NCBI GenBank assembly: GCA_963674785.1
Contig: OY771555.1
Span: forward strand, 160,001-224,000
From: Caldisericia bacterium
Lineage (GTDB): Bacteria; Caldisericota; Caldisericia; JAAYUI01
Direction of reading: 5' to 3'
DNA length: 64,000 nt
How positions within the stretch are numbered: the first letter of the stretch is position 1; each line of letters begins with the position of its first letter. This document shows, in pieces, positions 1-9,151 of the stretch. The notes under the pieces are model-generated. The model was not told the DNA's origin. It was given only the letters and a program-made list of their open reading frames with translations, and ran no database searches. Made by a program: the position numbers and the translations under genes.

Positions 1-1
1 C

Positions 2-1534
2 ATGACCGAGACTGCCGATGGAATTTTGACAGTTGATTCTGATGGGATACTTCATTATCTAAACTGGGACAATGGTAAAGATATCTGGGCTCTTCCTCTT
101 GGTGAAGAGGTTCTATCAGGGATCATAACTGACTCTGGGAATGCTTATCTTGCAACAATGAGTGGTAATGTTCACTCAATATCAATTTCAGGTGGACGTT
201 CTGATTGGATGAGAAGCCTCAAAGAAGAGGTTGTAAGCTCAAATCTTTCCATCTCTGGTGGCAAGCTTTATGTCGGCAGCAAAAGACCTGCGAGACATTT
301 GCACTGTTTAACATTGACGAGTAGCTCACTTTGGAACGAATGGTTCGAAATGCCGTTTGGATGTAATATCTCTGCGGGGCAAAACGGCGTGCTTGTTATC
401 CCAACAAGTGGTCAGGGTCAATATTTATCTCTATCGACATCAGATACCATCTGGAAGTGTGATGTTGGAGGGCTTTCAGAAAGTGCACCAGTAGTCGACG
501 GCAACCAAGTATTTTTCACTCTAACGGATGGTTCAGTTAGATCGATCAACTCAGACAATGGAAGACTTATTTGGAGAAAAGATTTTGAAACACAAATAAA
601 TTCATCTCCTGCAATTGGAAACGGCAAGATAGTGCTTGCCCCAAGCAACAAACCTGTTGTGTGTCTGGACTCAAAAAATGGCAGGGAATTATGGCAAACA
701 AATCTTTACAAGTATGTTGGCTCTGCACCAACCATCTATGGTAACACTGTATTTGTTGGGGCATGGGATGGACTTGTGTACTCGTATGACCTTCAAACAG
801 GCAACCCTGAAAGACAATACAAAACCTACGGACAGATAACTTCCTCCCCGACGATCACAAGAGACGGTGTATTTGTTGGATCACACGACAGATTCTTCTA
901 CAAATTTCACAGAATTAACGGGAACAATGAGTGGCTTTATCCAACAGGAAAAGTTAAGAGAACCTGTGCTGAATCAAACAGGAACGGTTTTGTAATCTCT
1001 GAGAACACTATAACCTCACTTGACATGAAAAAGAGTCACGTCAGCTTGAATTGGAGCCGCAAATTTGACTCTTTGGTCATCGCTGAACCCGCCTATAGCC
1101 AGACTCACCTTTTTGTAATGACTGCTGATGGCTATGTTACATGTATTGACCAGAACGAGGATAATGGGGAAACCTATGTGTGGAAAAAGAAGCTTTCTCT
1201 GGATGGTTCTTACAAGAGCATTATTTTATGCCGAGACAGATTATGCATTTTGACCGGAAAATCCATTTATATTTTGTCCGCCGAGACAGGTAAGGAATTG
1301 TGGAATTATAAGCGAGGAATCAATATTACAGGGATGGTTCTCTCAAATGGCAAACTCATAATCTCAACACAGTCTGGTTCAATTGTCTGCATGAGTCCAA
1401 CTCAAAATGTAAACGTACAAAAACCAGACAAGCTTCCATCCGCAGAGTACACACTCGACCCAAAATCCAAAGAGGATGTAATTAATGAAGCAATTCAAAA
1501 CAAAACAACACCTGACCAAATCATGGTTTGGTAG
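2..1534 (+). CDS. PQQ-like/BamB-type beta-propeller repeat protein (5' probably truncated by window edge)
   Basis: Repeated 'G.VY..D..TG..LW' / 'SSP.I..G.V' propeller motifs along the ORF. Confidence 0.8.
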   Translation: MTETADGILTVDSDGILHYLNWDNGKDIWALPLGEEVLSGIITDSGNAYLATMSGNVHSISISGGRSDWMRSLKEEVVSSNLSISGGKLYVGSKRPARHLHCLTLTSSSLWNEWFEMPFGCNISAGQNGVLVIPTSGQGQYLSLSTSDTIWKCDVGGLSESAPVVDGNQVFFTLTDGSVRSINSDNGRLIWRKDFETQINSSPAIGNGKIVLAPSNKPVVCLDSKNGRELWQTNLYKYVGSAPTIYGNTVFVGAWDGLVYSYDLQTGNPERQYKTYGQITSSPTITRDGVFVGSHDRFFYKFHRINGNNEWLYPTGKVKRTCAESNRNGFVISENTITSLDMKKSHVSLNWSRKFDSLVIAEPAYSQTHLFVMTADGYVTCIDQNEDNGETYVWKKKLSLDGSYKSIILCRDRLCILTGKSIYILSAETGKELWNYKRGINITGMVLSNGKLIISTQSGSIVCMSPTQNVNVQKPDKLPSAEYTLDPKSKEDVINEAIQNKTTPDQIMVW

Positions 1535-2930
1535 TCTTTTACTCGTAATTTTTTTTAGCACAAATGTTTTTGCCGGAGGGGAACTTATCCGAATTGGGCA
1601 AGCATGGTGTCAATGTGCTTTTCAGCCAACTGAAGTTTGTCTGATGGATAATTGGGTTTTGTATGTAGACAAGGAACTTCATCAAATATACACATTCACA
1701 CACAGCGGGACTTTTAATGGCAATCTTTCTCGCGATGGAAACTGTGTAGGTCCTGAGGATTTCACACCATTTAGACTTGCATATATCGACAATCTTGTTT
1801 TTGCAACCTGTCACCACGATAACGCAGTAAAAGCACTCAGAAATGGTAAAGTAACCGAGAAAATCACAACTGCAGAGCTCGGTTTCCCAAATGCCAAACC
1901 AACCGCAATAAATGCTGGTGATTACTTCATATATGTTGCACTTGATAATGATAAACTCGTTGCCATGTATTATGATTTTGAGGTTGAAACAATTATCGAT
2001 ACTAATTGTGTTGCAATGGATTTTTTGGATGAAAACCTGATCGTCATAACTGAAAATGGGTTTTTAAAAACATACGATGTTGATTTGAATTTCATTTCTG
2101 AGAAAGACCTTTCGGGTCATTACGCTGGTCAGATTCAAAATCCAACAGATATGGTTATGGATGATGAGGGTTTGATATGGATTACCCATGATGGTGGATT
2201 AACAGTTCTAAACAATGATGGCACTTTTGGGGTATGGGGTAACAAATATTCTGATATGGAAATCGAACGAACAATAATCAGTGGTGATCCGATTGTTGGG
2301 TCAAAAGGGATATTCCCAGCAAATGCTGTAGACACAAGTGGTGGCTACTTTTATCTCACCCAAAATGGAAAATACGGTTTAACAGTCTCAAAAGACCTTA
2401 TAAATCAGGTTCCAAGCTCCCAGGTTCATTTTATGGCAATTGCACTAACAGAAGATGAATACTGGAAACAAGCGATAAATATTTGGAAACTTCAACAGTA
2501 TCTTTATCCACAAGTCTTAGTTGCAGTATTCCAAGATAGCGGACTTGAAAAAATTGGAATAAACGGAAATGGCGTATACCTAAATGGTGAATATATAACC
2601 GATGATTTCTCAGAAATCGAAAATGTTGAGATTTTCGGAGATGAAATTCTTGAATGTTCTGCTGAAACATCAAACATCAATATCAACGTAACTGAAGGAA
2701 AGCTTGTGGCTGATGTGAGCAAATCTGATGAACCTTTTGAAACCTCTCTTGCTCTCCTTGAGATACATGGTGAAAAGACACCGCTCATCGTTGATGATAT
2801 AAGTCTAATCCATGCAAACAGATTTCAAAAAATTGAATGTGATATAAACATTCCAGAGTACCCATCTGTTTTGTTTGCTGTGATACTAAACAAGCAAGGA
2901 AAGTCACTTGGAGCAAGGATTATCAGATAA
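1485..2930 (+). CDS. Secreted hypothetical protein with probable NHL/beta-propeller region
   Basis: 481-aa ORF with N-terminal hydrophobic signal (LLLVIFFSTNVFA) and P..I/M.V beta-repeat pattern (e.g. QNPTDMVMDDEGLIWIT). Confidence 0.6.
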   Translation: MKQFKTKQHLTKSWFGSLLLVIFFSTNVFAGGELIRIGQAWCQCAFQPTEVCLMDNWVLYVDKELHQIYTFTHSGTFNGNLSRDGNCVGPEDFTPFRLAYIDNLVFATCHHDNAVKALRNGKVTEKITTAELGFPNAKPTAINAGDYFIYVALDNDKLVAMYYDFEVETIIDTNCVAMDFLDENLIVITENGFLKTYDVDLNFISEKDLSGHYAGQIQNPTDMVMDDEGLIWITHDGGLTVLNNDGTFGVWGNKYSDMEIERTIISGDPIVGSKGIFPANAVDTSGGYFYLTQNGKYGLTVSKDLINQVPSSQVHFMAIALTEDEYWKQAINIWKLQQYLYPQVLVAVFQDSGLEKIGINGNGVYLNGEYITDDFSEIENVEIFGDEILECSAETSNININVTEGKLVADVSKSDEPFETSLALLEIHGEKTPLIVDDISLIHANRFQKIECDINIPEYPSVLFAVILNKQGKSLGARIIR

Positions 2931-2937
2931 ATTAATT
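2888..2937 (+). repeat. Copy 1 of a 50-bp imperfect direct repeat (copy 2 at 3340-3389)
   Basis: aaacaagcaaggaaagtcacTtGgaGcaaggattatcagataaattaatt vs aaacaagcaaggaaagtcacAtAgaAcaaggattatcagataaattaatt, 47/50 identical. Confidence 0.9.
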
Positions 2938-2939
2938 AA

Positions 2940-3339
2940 GGATCTCGCAAACTTTAGAGTGGCATCTTCCTAAAAGTCTTAAGGAGAGTATGGTAGGCAC
3001 TCTTACTTGCCACTCTCATATTCCATCTCCATTGAGACTCTTTCAAGTACCCGACCTTTGGTGATTGGTATGAGTTCATTTCTTGAACAGTTCTTCACAA
3101 TCTTTGTGAATACTTTATCTCCTCTCTTTATGATACCGAAGACAGGTATCTTTGAGTCTGCTCTCCTACCCCTCTTTCCTCTTATTCTCTTTCCTCCAAA
3201 ATAGCTTTCATCAAGTTCTACTTCACCTTCTACTGGTGATTCATCTGCTAGTGTAAGAATCCTTCTTCTGAATTTGTTGAACAACTTCCCTACTGTTACA
3301 CGAGAAATGTTTGAAAAATCTGCAGTTTGCTGTGATTCA
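2940..3339 (-). mobile_element. IS1595-family (ISXO2-like DDE) transposase remnant, internally deleted
   Basis: VELDESYFGGKRIRGKRGRRADSKIPVFGIIKRGDKV is the IS1595 motif; the C-terminal LKESQWRWNMR...KMPL* lies in another frame right after; the middle catalytic region is absent. Confidence 0.85.
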
Positions 3340-3389
3340 AAACAAGCAAGGAAAGTCACATAGAACAAGGATTATCAGATAAATTAATT
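3340..3389 (+). repeat. Copy 2 of the 50-bp imperfect direct repeat
   Basis: Matches 2888-2937, the 3' end of the upstream CDS. Confidence 0.9.
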
Positions 3390-3719
3390 TATTTTAATTA
3401 AAGTTTATATTCTTCATTTCTTGGCTCAAATGTTGTTACTATTGACATTTTTAATTAAATAATAGTAAATTTTACACCTTCATACTTATTTAGATTGTGC
3501 TAGAATCCTCTTACATATTGATAACAAACGTTGTCTAGGAGAGATTACAATAACAGATTAGGAATAATATTAACAACTAAAACATGGAACATGATTCATC
3601 GATCAGTTTGTTAAATATGTTTAACGTTTTGTATCGCAAAACGAAGCTTGTTGAGAAAGCACATGGTAGAAGTATCTTCCTCAACAAGGCAAAGAACTTG
3701 AAAGGAATGATTACAAAAG

Positions 3720-4139
3720 ATGGTAACAGTAGAATTCCAAGGGGAATACGATAAGGAAAAGAATCTGTCGATATTCAAATATGTCGATATACCACAATCA
3801 AAAGAAGACGTAGAGTTTGTCGTTGAAAAAGCCACACCACTTTGGAAAGGCGACGGTATTCATAAAAGCTGGAACATCACAGACATAACAGCACTCGGAC
3901 AAGCCTCACCAAGTCTTGTCATTTACTACAACAAGCTCTGTAAACCAATCTTGAAAAAACACGTACACAATTATGTCGTGGTAGCAGGAACATTGCTTGA
4001 AAAAGTTGCAACAAGTCTGTTTAACACATTTATGGGTGAAAAACACCCTGTTGCATCATCAATGGAAGAAGCGCTTGAAATAATTGAAAGACTCCAAAAA
4101 AGAGACGGAGTTTTTCCATCAAAAGCAGAAAATCTGTAG
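3720..4139 (+). CDS. Hypothetical protein, possible STAS/SEC14 (SpoIIAA-like) fold; tandem paralog 1
   Basis: 139 aa, collinear and highly similar to the next ORF (PLW.GDGIHK.WNITD.T.LG.ASP.LVIYYNKL; LEKVATSLFNTFM); C-terminal 'S.EEAL..I' is typical of STAS/SEC14-like proteins. Confidence 0.7.
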   Translation: MVTVEFQGEYDKEKNLSIFKYVDIPQSKEDVEFVVEKATPLWKGDGIHKSWNITDITALGQASPSLVIYYNKLCKPILKKHVHNYVVVAGTLLEKVATSLFNTFMGEKHPVASSMEEALEIIERLQKRDGVFPSKAENL

Positions 4140-4154
4140 AAAGGATGACAGTCT

Positions 4155-4571
4155 ATGAGAGTTGTTGAATTTGAAGGAAACTATGACAACGAAAAGAACA
4201 TTTCATTTGTGAAATTCATAAATACACCTAAATCAAAGGAAGACATAGAGTATTTTGTAGACAATACTCTTCCACTTTGGAGAGGTGACGGGATTCACAA
4301 ATGCTGGAATATAACTGATTTAACTGGTCTTGGGAAGGCATCCCCAGGTCTTGTGATCTACTACAACAAGTTGGTAAAGCCACACATCAAAAAGCATCTT
4401 GAGAACTATGTTGTTATTGCCGGATCAACACTTGAGAAAGTTGCAACAAGTTTGTTTAACACCTTCATGAGGGAAAGGCATCCCATTGTCTCAAGTATTG
4501 ATGAGGCAATGGTGATAATCAAAAAATGGCAAGAGGAAAAGGGTATTTTCTTCTCAAAGATTGGCGAATAG
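4155..4571 (+). CDS. Hypothetical protein, tandem paralog 2
   Basis: 138 aa, RBS aagga upstream, paralog of 3720-4139. Confidence 0.7.
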   Translation: MRVVEFEGNYDNEKNISFVKFINTPKSKEDIEYFVDNTLPLWRGDGIHKCWNITDLTGLGKASPGLVIYYNKLVKPHIKKHLENYVVIAGSTLEKVATSLFNTFMRERHPIVSSIDEAMVIIKKWQEEKGIFFSKIGE

Positions 4572-4573
4572 AA

Positions 4574-5023
4574 TCAGAGAGTAATCAGGGAGTTCTCGTA
4601 GTCTTTTACTCGAAGCTTTGTACTTCTTTTTGATTTGCCAGTCCAGATTATGTGTCCTTCCTCTTCGAGAAGTTCTTTCTGATAGTCAGGAGCTCCGGGG
4701 TATTTTTCTGAAAGTAATCCGTCCTTTTTAACGCATCGCCACCATGGAAAAACCTCTTCACCGATTACCTTATTCTCCTCAGACGCTCCCGCTACCATAT
4801 TCATAAAAATCCCTGTGCACATGGGGCATGTCCAATCCGCACCAAATTTCTTTGCAAGCTGATCTCGTATTTGATTCGCAGTAAGAAGTTCACCTTTTTT
4901 TGGAATTCTCATCACTTCTGCAACATCCATGGGAGTAGGCACCAGAAGAAGACCTTTTTCAGTTTCAGAAAAACTTCTTTCGCATTCCTTATAGAGTTGT
5001 TCTCTTTTGGTTTTTCTGGCCAT
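4574..5023 (-). CDS. MGMT/alkyltransferase-like DNA-binding protein
   Basis: TCPMCTGIF ... PWWRCVKKDG ... KYPG ... QKELLEEEG; PWWR replaces the catalytic PCHR. Confidence 0.7.
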   Translation of the reverse strand: MARKTKREQLYKECERSFSETEKGLLLVPTPMDVAEVMRIPKKGELLTANQIRDQLAKKFGADWTCPMCTGIFMNMVAGASEENKVIGEEVFPWWRCVKKDGLLSEKYPGAPDYQKELLEEEGHIIWTGKSKRSTKLRVKDYENSLITL

Positions 5024-5269
5024 CTAATTTCGATCTTTCCAGGCCGGAAGTTTAGCAAGATTCTTGATCGCCATCTCTCTTGCAGCGGCTTCGTCAAAGC
5101 CTTGTGACTGAACTAAAAAACCAGTCATACCAGCAACACATTCTTCATAACTTTTCATTGAGCCATCTTCTCTTGCACAGTAGAGGCAATAGTCCTTTGA
5201 CTCATCTCCAAGAGCAAAATCCTCCTTCTTCTCCATCGGCATTCCGCAACAAATACAAATTTTACTCAT
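5024..5269 (-). CDS. Small zinc-ribbon domain protein
   Basis: CICCGMPM ... DYCLYC ... LPAWK pattern. Confidence 0.75.
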   Translation of the reverse strand: MSKICICCGMPMEKKEDFALGDESKDYCLYCAREDGSMKSYEECVAGMTGFLVQSQGFDEAAAREMAIKNLAKLPAWKDRN

Positions 5270-5867
5270 CTTTCCAGTTCCTTTCTGAAATCAGATTCAT
5301 ATAGTTATCAACAAGTTCATATCCTCTTTTTTTAAGTAATGACCCTTCTACACAATAAAATCTTTTATTCTGAAGATAGTGATGAATAAGCCCAATCCAG
5401 GTTGTAAAAAGAAAGCTCATGGGCATTCTTTTTATTAAACCTTTTTCCATTTCGGTTTTTGCGGCACTATACATTGAGTGAGAAATCGCGGAATGAATAG
5501 AAACAACACTTACCTGTACATCCTCGGGCAAGGTGTTTAGTTCAGAAATCAACCTTGCATAAAGGTCTTCATACTCAGATAAAGTTGCAAGATGTGTTTT
5601 TAGTACAGTTCTTATACCCATATCCGCATCAATATCCGCCCTCATTTTCCTTGTGACACGCATACCAAAATCATGCATTACGGTAACAAGTAATTCATCG
5701 CGAGTTGGAAAATGCAAAAAAACCGTTCCGTGCGAAACGCCTGCAGTATTTGCAATATCGATCGTTCTAGCTCCACTTATCCCATCAAGCTCAAAGTGTT
5801 TCATTGCGGAATCAATAAGCTTCCTATGAGTATCTTCACGTTTTTCTTTTCTAGATTTTGCGATCAT
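5262..5867 (-). CDS. TetR/AcrR family transcriptional regulator
   Basis: HTH: ARTIDIANTAGVSHGTVFLHFPTRDELL; start moved to ATG 5867 because the longer ORF runs through the tRNA. Confidence 0.9.
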   Translation of the reverse strand: MIAKSRKEKREDTHRKLIDSAMKHFELDGISGARTIDIANTAGVSHGTVFLHFPTRDELLVTVMHDFGMRVTRKMRADIDADMGIRTVLKTHLATLSEYEDLYARLISELNTLPEDVQVSVVSIHSAISHSMYSAAKTEMEKGLIKRMPMSFLFTTWIGLIHHYLQNKRFYCVEGSLLKKRGYELVDNYMNLISERNWKDE

Positions 5868-5878
5868 ATCTTTTAAAC

Positions 5879-5907
5879 TGAGTTCAGACTCACTGAGTTT
5901 TGACTCA
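5879..5907. promoter_or_regulatory. Tandem palindromic operator pair TGAGT-N4-ACTCA, probable TetR autoregulatory site
   Basis: TGAGTtcagACTCA (5879-5892) and TGAGTtttgACTCA (5894-5907) immediately upstream of the TetR start. Confidence 0.65.
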
Positions 5908-5983
5908 TAATATGCCGAAACATCAACATTGTCAAGTTCAACTGTTGACTTGTGAATACGTAACAATAATATATTAAACATGT

Positions 5984-6059
5984 GGGCGGGTGGCTCAGTT
6001 GGTAGAGCATTTCCTTCACACGGAAGAGGTCGCAGGTTCGAGTCCTGTCTCGCCCACCA
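5984..6059 (+). tRNA. tRNA-Val (anticodon CAC)
   Basis: 76-nt cloverleaf GGGCGGG...CTCGCCC-A-CCA; D loop agttggta, anticodon loop TTCACAC, T loop GGTTCGAGTCC. Confidence 0.97.
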
Positions 6060-6093
6060 ATAAGTGCTCAAAAGAGATTAAAGGGGTGCAGTT

Positions 6094-8112
6094 TTGTTGC
6101 TTTACACGGTACCAATAGTCGGCTTACTTGGACTTATCACAGCACTAATACTTGGTGTTGGAATTTCAAGAAGTGATCCGGGAATCGGAAAAATGGTAAG
6201 CATTGCCGCCGCAATTAGAGCCGGGGCATTCGCATTCCTCCTGAAAGAATACCAATATATGCTTATCGCATCAATCCCATTTGGAATTGCAATTGCGTGG
6301 ATTATTGGCCTACAGGCACTGATTGCGTTTGTTTGTGGGGCTCTCTTTTCAATCACAGCGGGTTTCATTGGAATGAACATTGCAACGCTTGCAAACAACA
6401 GAACAGCACAAGCAGCAAGTAAACACGGTGAAGGAAAGGCTCTTGAGGTTGCATACTCAGGTGGTGCGGTCATGGGACTTGTTGTTTCATCACTCGGAAT
6501 AATCGGTGTTTCACTTTTCTTCCTCTTCTTCAAAGATGTCACTGATGCAAATACCCTTCGAGGAATTCTTGTCGGATTCTCAGTTGGTGCATCATTTGTT
6601 GCCCTTTTTGCAAGAGTCGGTGGAGGAATCTTTACAAAAGCGGCCGACGTTGGCGCAGACCTTGTTGGTAAGGTTGAAGCAGGAATACCTGAGGACGACC
6701 CAAGAAACCCAGCCGTTATAGCAGATAACGTCGGTGATAATGTTGGTGATGTTGCCGGAATGGGTGCAGACCTTTATGAATCATACGTAGGAGCGATCGT
6801 ATCGGCGCTTGTCCTTGCAGCAGTCGCAGGAGACTCAGTAGAAAAGATCAAGTTGATTCTCTTCATAGTCGCGGGTGGACTTCTTTCATCAATCGTTGGT
6901 ATCCTAATTGTCAAGCTTGGCGCAAGAGCCGGAAAGGTCAAACCTTCAGTTGGACTCCAGCTTGGAACTGGCGTTGCAGGACTTCTTTCACTTGGAATCC
7001 AACTCTACCTTTCGATTTCATTGCTCGGTAGCATCAGATATTTCTGGGCATCCGCAGGCGGACTTGCCGCAGGGCTTCTCATTGGGTTTGTAACTACATA
7101 CTACACATCAGCAAAACCAGTGAAATATATTGCTGAACAGAGCAAAGGTGGCCCAGCTACCAACATCATCGCAGGGTTTGGTGTTGGAATGGAATCAGCG
7201 GTTGTTCCAATTATTATCATTGCGATAGCTATCATTCTTGGGTACACGGTTGTTAATGGAGTCTTCGGAATCGCCCTTGCGGGGGTTGGAATGCTCTCAA
7301 CCTTAGCCGCGACACTAACCGTTGATGCTTATGGTCCAATTGCCGATAACGCAGGCGGAATTGCACAGATGAGTGGACTCGACCCAAAGGTCAGGGAGAT
7401 AACTGATAAACTGGATTCACTCGGGAACACAACTGCTGCCATGGGGAAAGGATTTGCAATTGGCTCTGCGACTTTAACAGCACTTGCATTCTTTGTTTCA
7501 TACACTCATGCAGTTGGACTAAACACACTCAATTTCCTTGAGCCAGGAGTGCTTGCTGGTGGACTTATTGGTGTTGCTATGCCAGCACTATTTTCATCAC
7601 TCACAATAAGATCGGTTGGATCGACAGCAAGCATGGTTGTTAACGAAGTTAGAAAACAATTCAAAGAAAAAGTTGGTCTTCTCGCTGGAAAAGCAGAACC
7701 TGATTACAAAAAAACTGTTAGTATTGCTACTCAGGGCGCATTAAACCAAATGATTCTGCCATCAATCCTCATGATTGCAACACCTTTTGTGGTTTTTTAT
7801 CTTTTTGAATTATTCAAAAAAGGGACAGGTATCCAAGCTCTCGGTGGAATGCTTGTTGGAGCAACACTAACGGGAGTCCTACTTGCGATCTTTATGGCTA
7901 ACGCTGGCGGCGCTTGGGATAATGCAAAAAAATATATCGAAGAAGGATTCTTCGGTGGAAAAGGTTCAAGCGTTCATAAAGCAACTGTTGTTGGGGATAC
8001 CGTTGGTGATCCACTAAAGGACACAACTGGCCCATCAATAAACATACTCATAAAACTTATGTCAGTAATTTCACTGCTATTTATACCATTTTTGTTAGAA
8101 TTAATGAAATAA
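6094..8112 (+). CDS. hppA: Membrane-bound ion-translocating pyrophosphatase, K+-dependent type (probably Na+-pumping)
   Basis: GGIFTKAADVGADLVGKVEAGIPEDDPRNP, DNVGDNVGD and GDTVGDPLKD motifs; GNTTAA marks the K+-dependent subfamily. Confidence 0.95.
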   Translation: MLLYTVPIVGLLGLITALILGVGISRSDPGIGKMVSIAAAIRAGAFAFLLKEYQYMLIASIPFGIAIAWIIGLQALIAFVCGALFSITAGFIGMNIATLANNRTAQAASKHGEGKALEVAYSGGAVMGLVVSSLGIIGVSLFFLFFKDVTDANTLRGILVGFSVGASFVALFARVGGGIFTKAADVGADLVGKVEAGIPEDDPRNPAVIADNVGDNVGDVAGMGADLYESYVGAIVSALVLAAVAGDSVEKIKLILFIVAGGLLSSIVGILIVKLGARAGKVKPSVGLQLGTGVAGLLSLGIQLYLSISLLGSIRYFWASAGGLAAGLLIGFVTTYYTSAKPVKYIAEQSKGGPATNIIAGFGVGMESAVVPIIIIAIAIILGYTVVNGVFGIALAGVGMLSTLAATLTVDAYGPIADNAGGIAQMSGLDPKVREITDKLDSLGNTTAAMGKGFAIGSATLTALAFFVSYTHAVGLNTLNFLEPGVLAGGLIGVAMPALFSSLTIRSVGSTASMVVNEVRKQFKEKVGLLAGKAEPDYKKTVSIATQGALNQMILPSILMIATPFVVFYLFELFKKGTGIQALGGMLVGATLTGVLLAIFMANAGGAWDNAKKYIEEGFFGGKGSSVHKATVVGDTVGDPLKDTTGPSINILIKLMSVISLLFIPFLLELMK

Positions 8113-8122
8113 AGGAGGCGCT

Positions 8123-9124
8123 ATGAGAAGAATAGGTGTCGTTACATCTGGTGCAGACTGTCCGGGTCTTAATGCAGCGATAAGAGCTGTTGCGAGAAAA
8201 GGCTTTGACCTTGGTTATGAAGTAATCGGCGTTCGAAATGGCTGGAAAGGTCTTATTGAAGATGACGTATATGTGATGCATAAAAGACATGTCTCTGGGA
8301 TTTTGTATCTTGGCGGTTCTATTCTTGGCTCAGGTCGCTTTGATCCCTTTAGTTCAGAGAAAGAATTTGCATCATTCCAGGAGAATTTTAAAAAATATTC
8401 CCTAACATCATTGATAGTAATCGGAGGATTCACATCGCTTCGAATTGCATCAAGGCTCAATGAGGCTGGTTTTGCAACAGTTGGAATACCCGCAACAATT
8501 GATAATGATGTATCATGTACAGAGGCCTGCATTGGCTTCGACACAGCAACAAACTTCGTTACCCACTCACTCGATAGACTTCATGCAACTGCATCTTCAC
8601 ATCATAGAGTAATGGTTGTAGAAGTTATGGGTGGAGGCTCAGGATGGATAGCTCTTATGGGTGGACTTGCAGGTGGAGCAGATTACGTCATCACACCAGA
8701 AGAACACACATCGTTTGATAAAGTTGTCAAACACATTGAACACAGAAGATCATCAGGCAAAAACTTCTCGATCATCGTCATCACAGACACAGCACAAGTT
8801 GATGGAATGCCTTTTGAAATTGGTGATTCACCTCAGACTGGCGTTGGTGCAAAGCTTGCCAATGAAATAGAAAAAAGAGCCGGAATCGATTCAAGATACA
8901 CCGTTCTTGGACACCTGCAACGAGGTGGAACACCAACGGTTGTTGACCGTGCGCTTGCAACAAGATTTGGATACGAGGCAATCGAATTACTCAAACGTGG
9001 TGAGGTTGGTAAAATGACATCCCTTAAGGCTGGACTTGTTGTTCCTGCCGATATGGATGCTGCAACACGTGAACGCAGAAGACCTGACCCAAAAATGTTC
9101 GAGTATGCGAAACTCTTCTATTGA
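8123..9124 (+). CDS. pfkA: 6-phosphofructokinase family protein with degenerate active-site motifs
   Basis: PFK fold (DCPGLNAAIRAV, TIDND, GFDTA, VLGHLQRGG) but GGFTS replaces GGDG/GGDD and EVMGG replaces EVMGR. Confidence 0.85.
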   Translation: MRRIGVVTSGADCPGLNAAIRAVARKGFDLGYEVIGVRNGWKGLIEDDVYVMHKRHVSGILYLGGSILGSGRFDPFSSEKEFASFQENFKKYSLTSLIVIGGFTSLRIASRLNEAGFATVGIPATIDNDVSCTEACIGFDTATNFVTHSLDRLHATASSHHRVMVVEVMGGGSGWIALMGGLAGGADYVITPEEHTSFDKVVKHIEHRRSSGKNFSIIVITDTAQVDGMPFEIGDSPQTGVGAKLANEIEKRAGIDSRYTVLGHLQRGGTPTVVDRALATRFGYEAIELLKRGEVGKMTSLKAGLVVPADMDAATRERRRPDPKMFEYAKLFY

Positions 9125-9151
9125 TAAATTGCAAAATCGACCACAATAAAC

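Noticed and set aside
2888-6059. tRNA-anchored genomic island
   Set aside because: No integrase and no duplicated tRNA 3' end; the accessory genes lie on the 5' side of the tRNA.
5868-6071. N-terminal extension of the 269-aa TetR ORF
   Set aside because: It is the antisense reading of tRNA-Val and its promoter; the TetR domain starts at ATG 5867.
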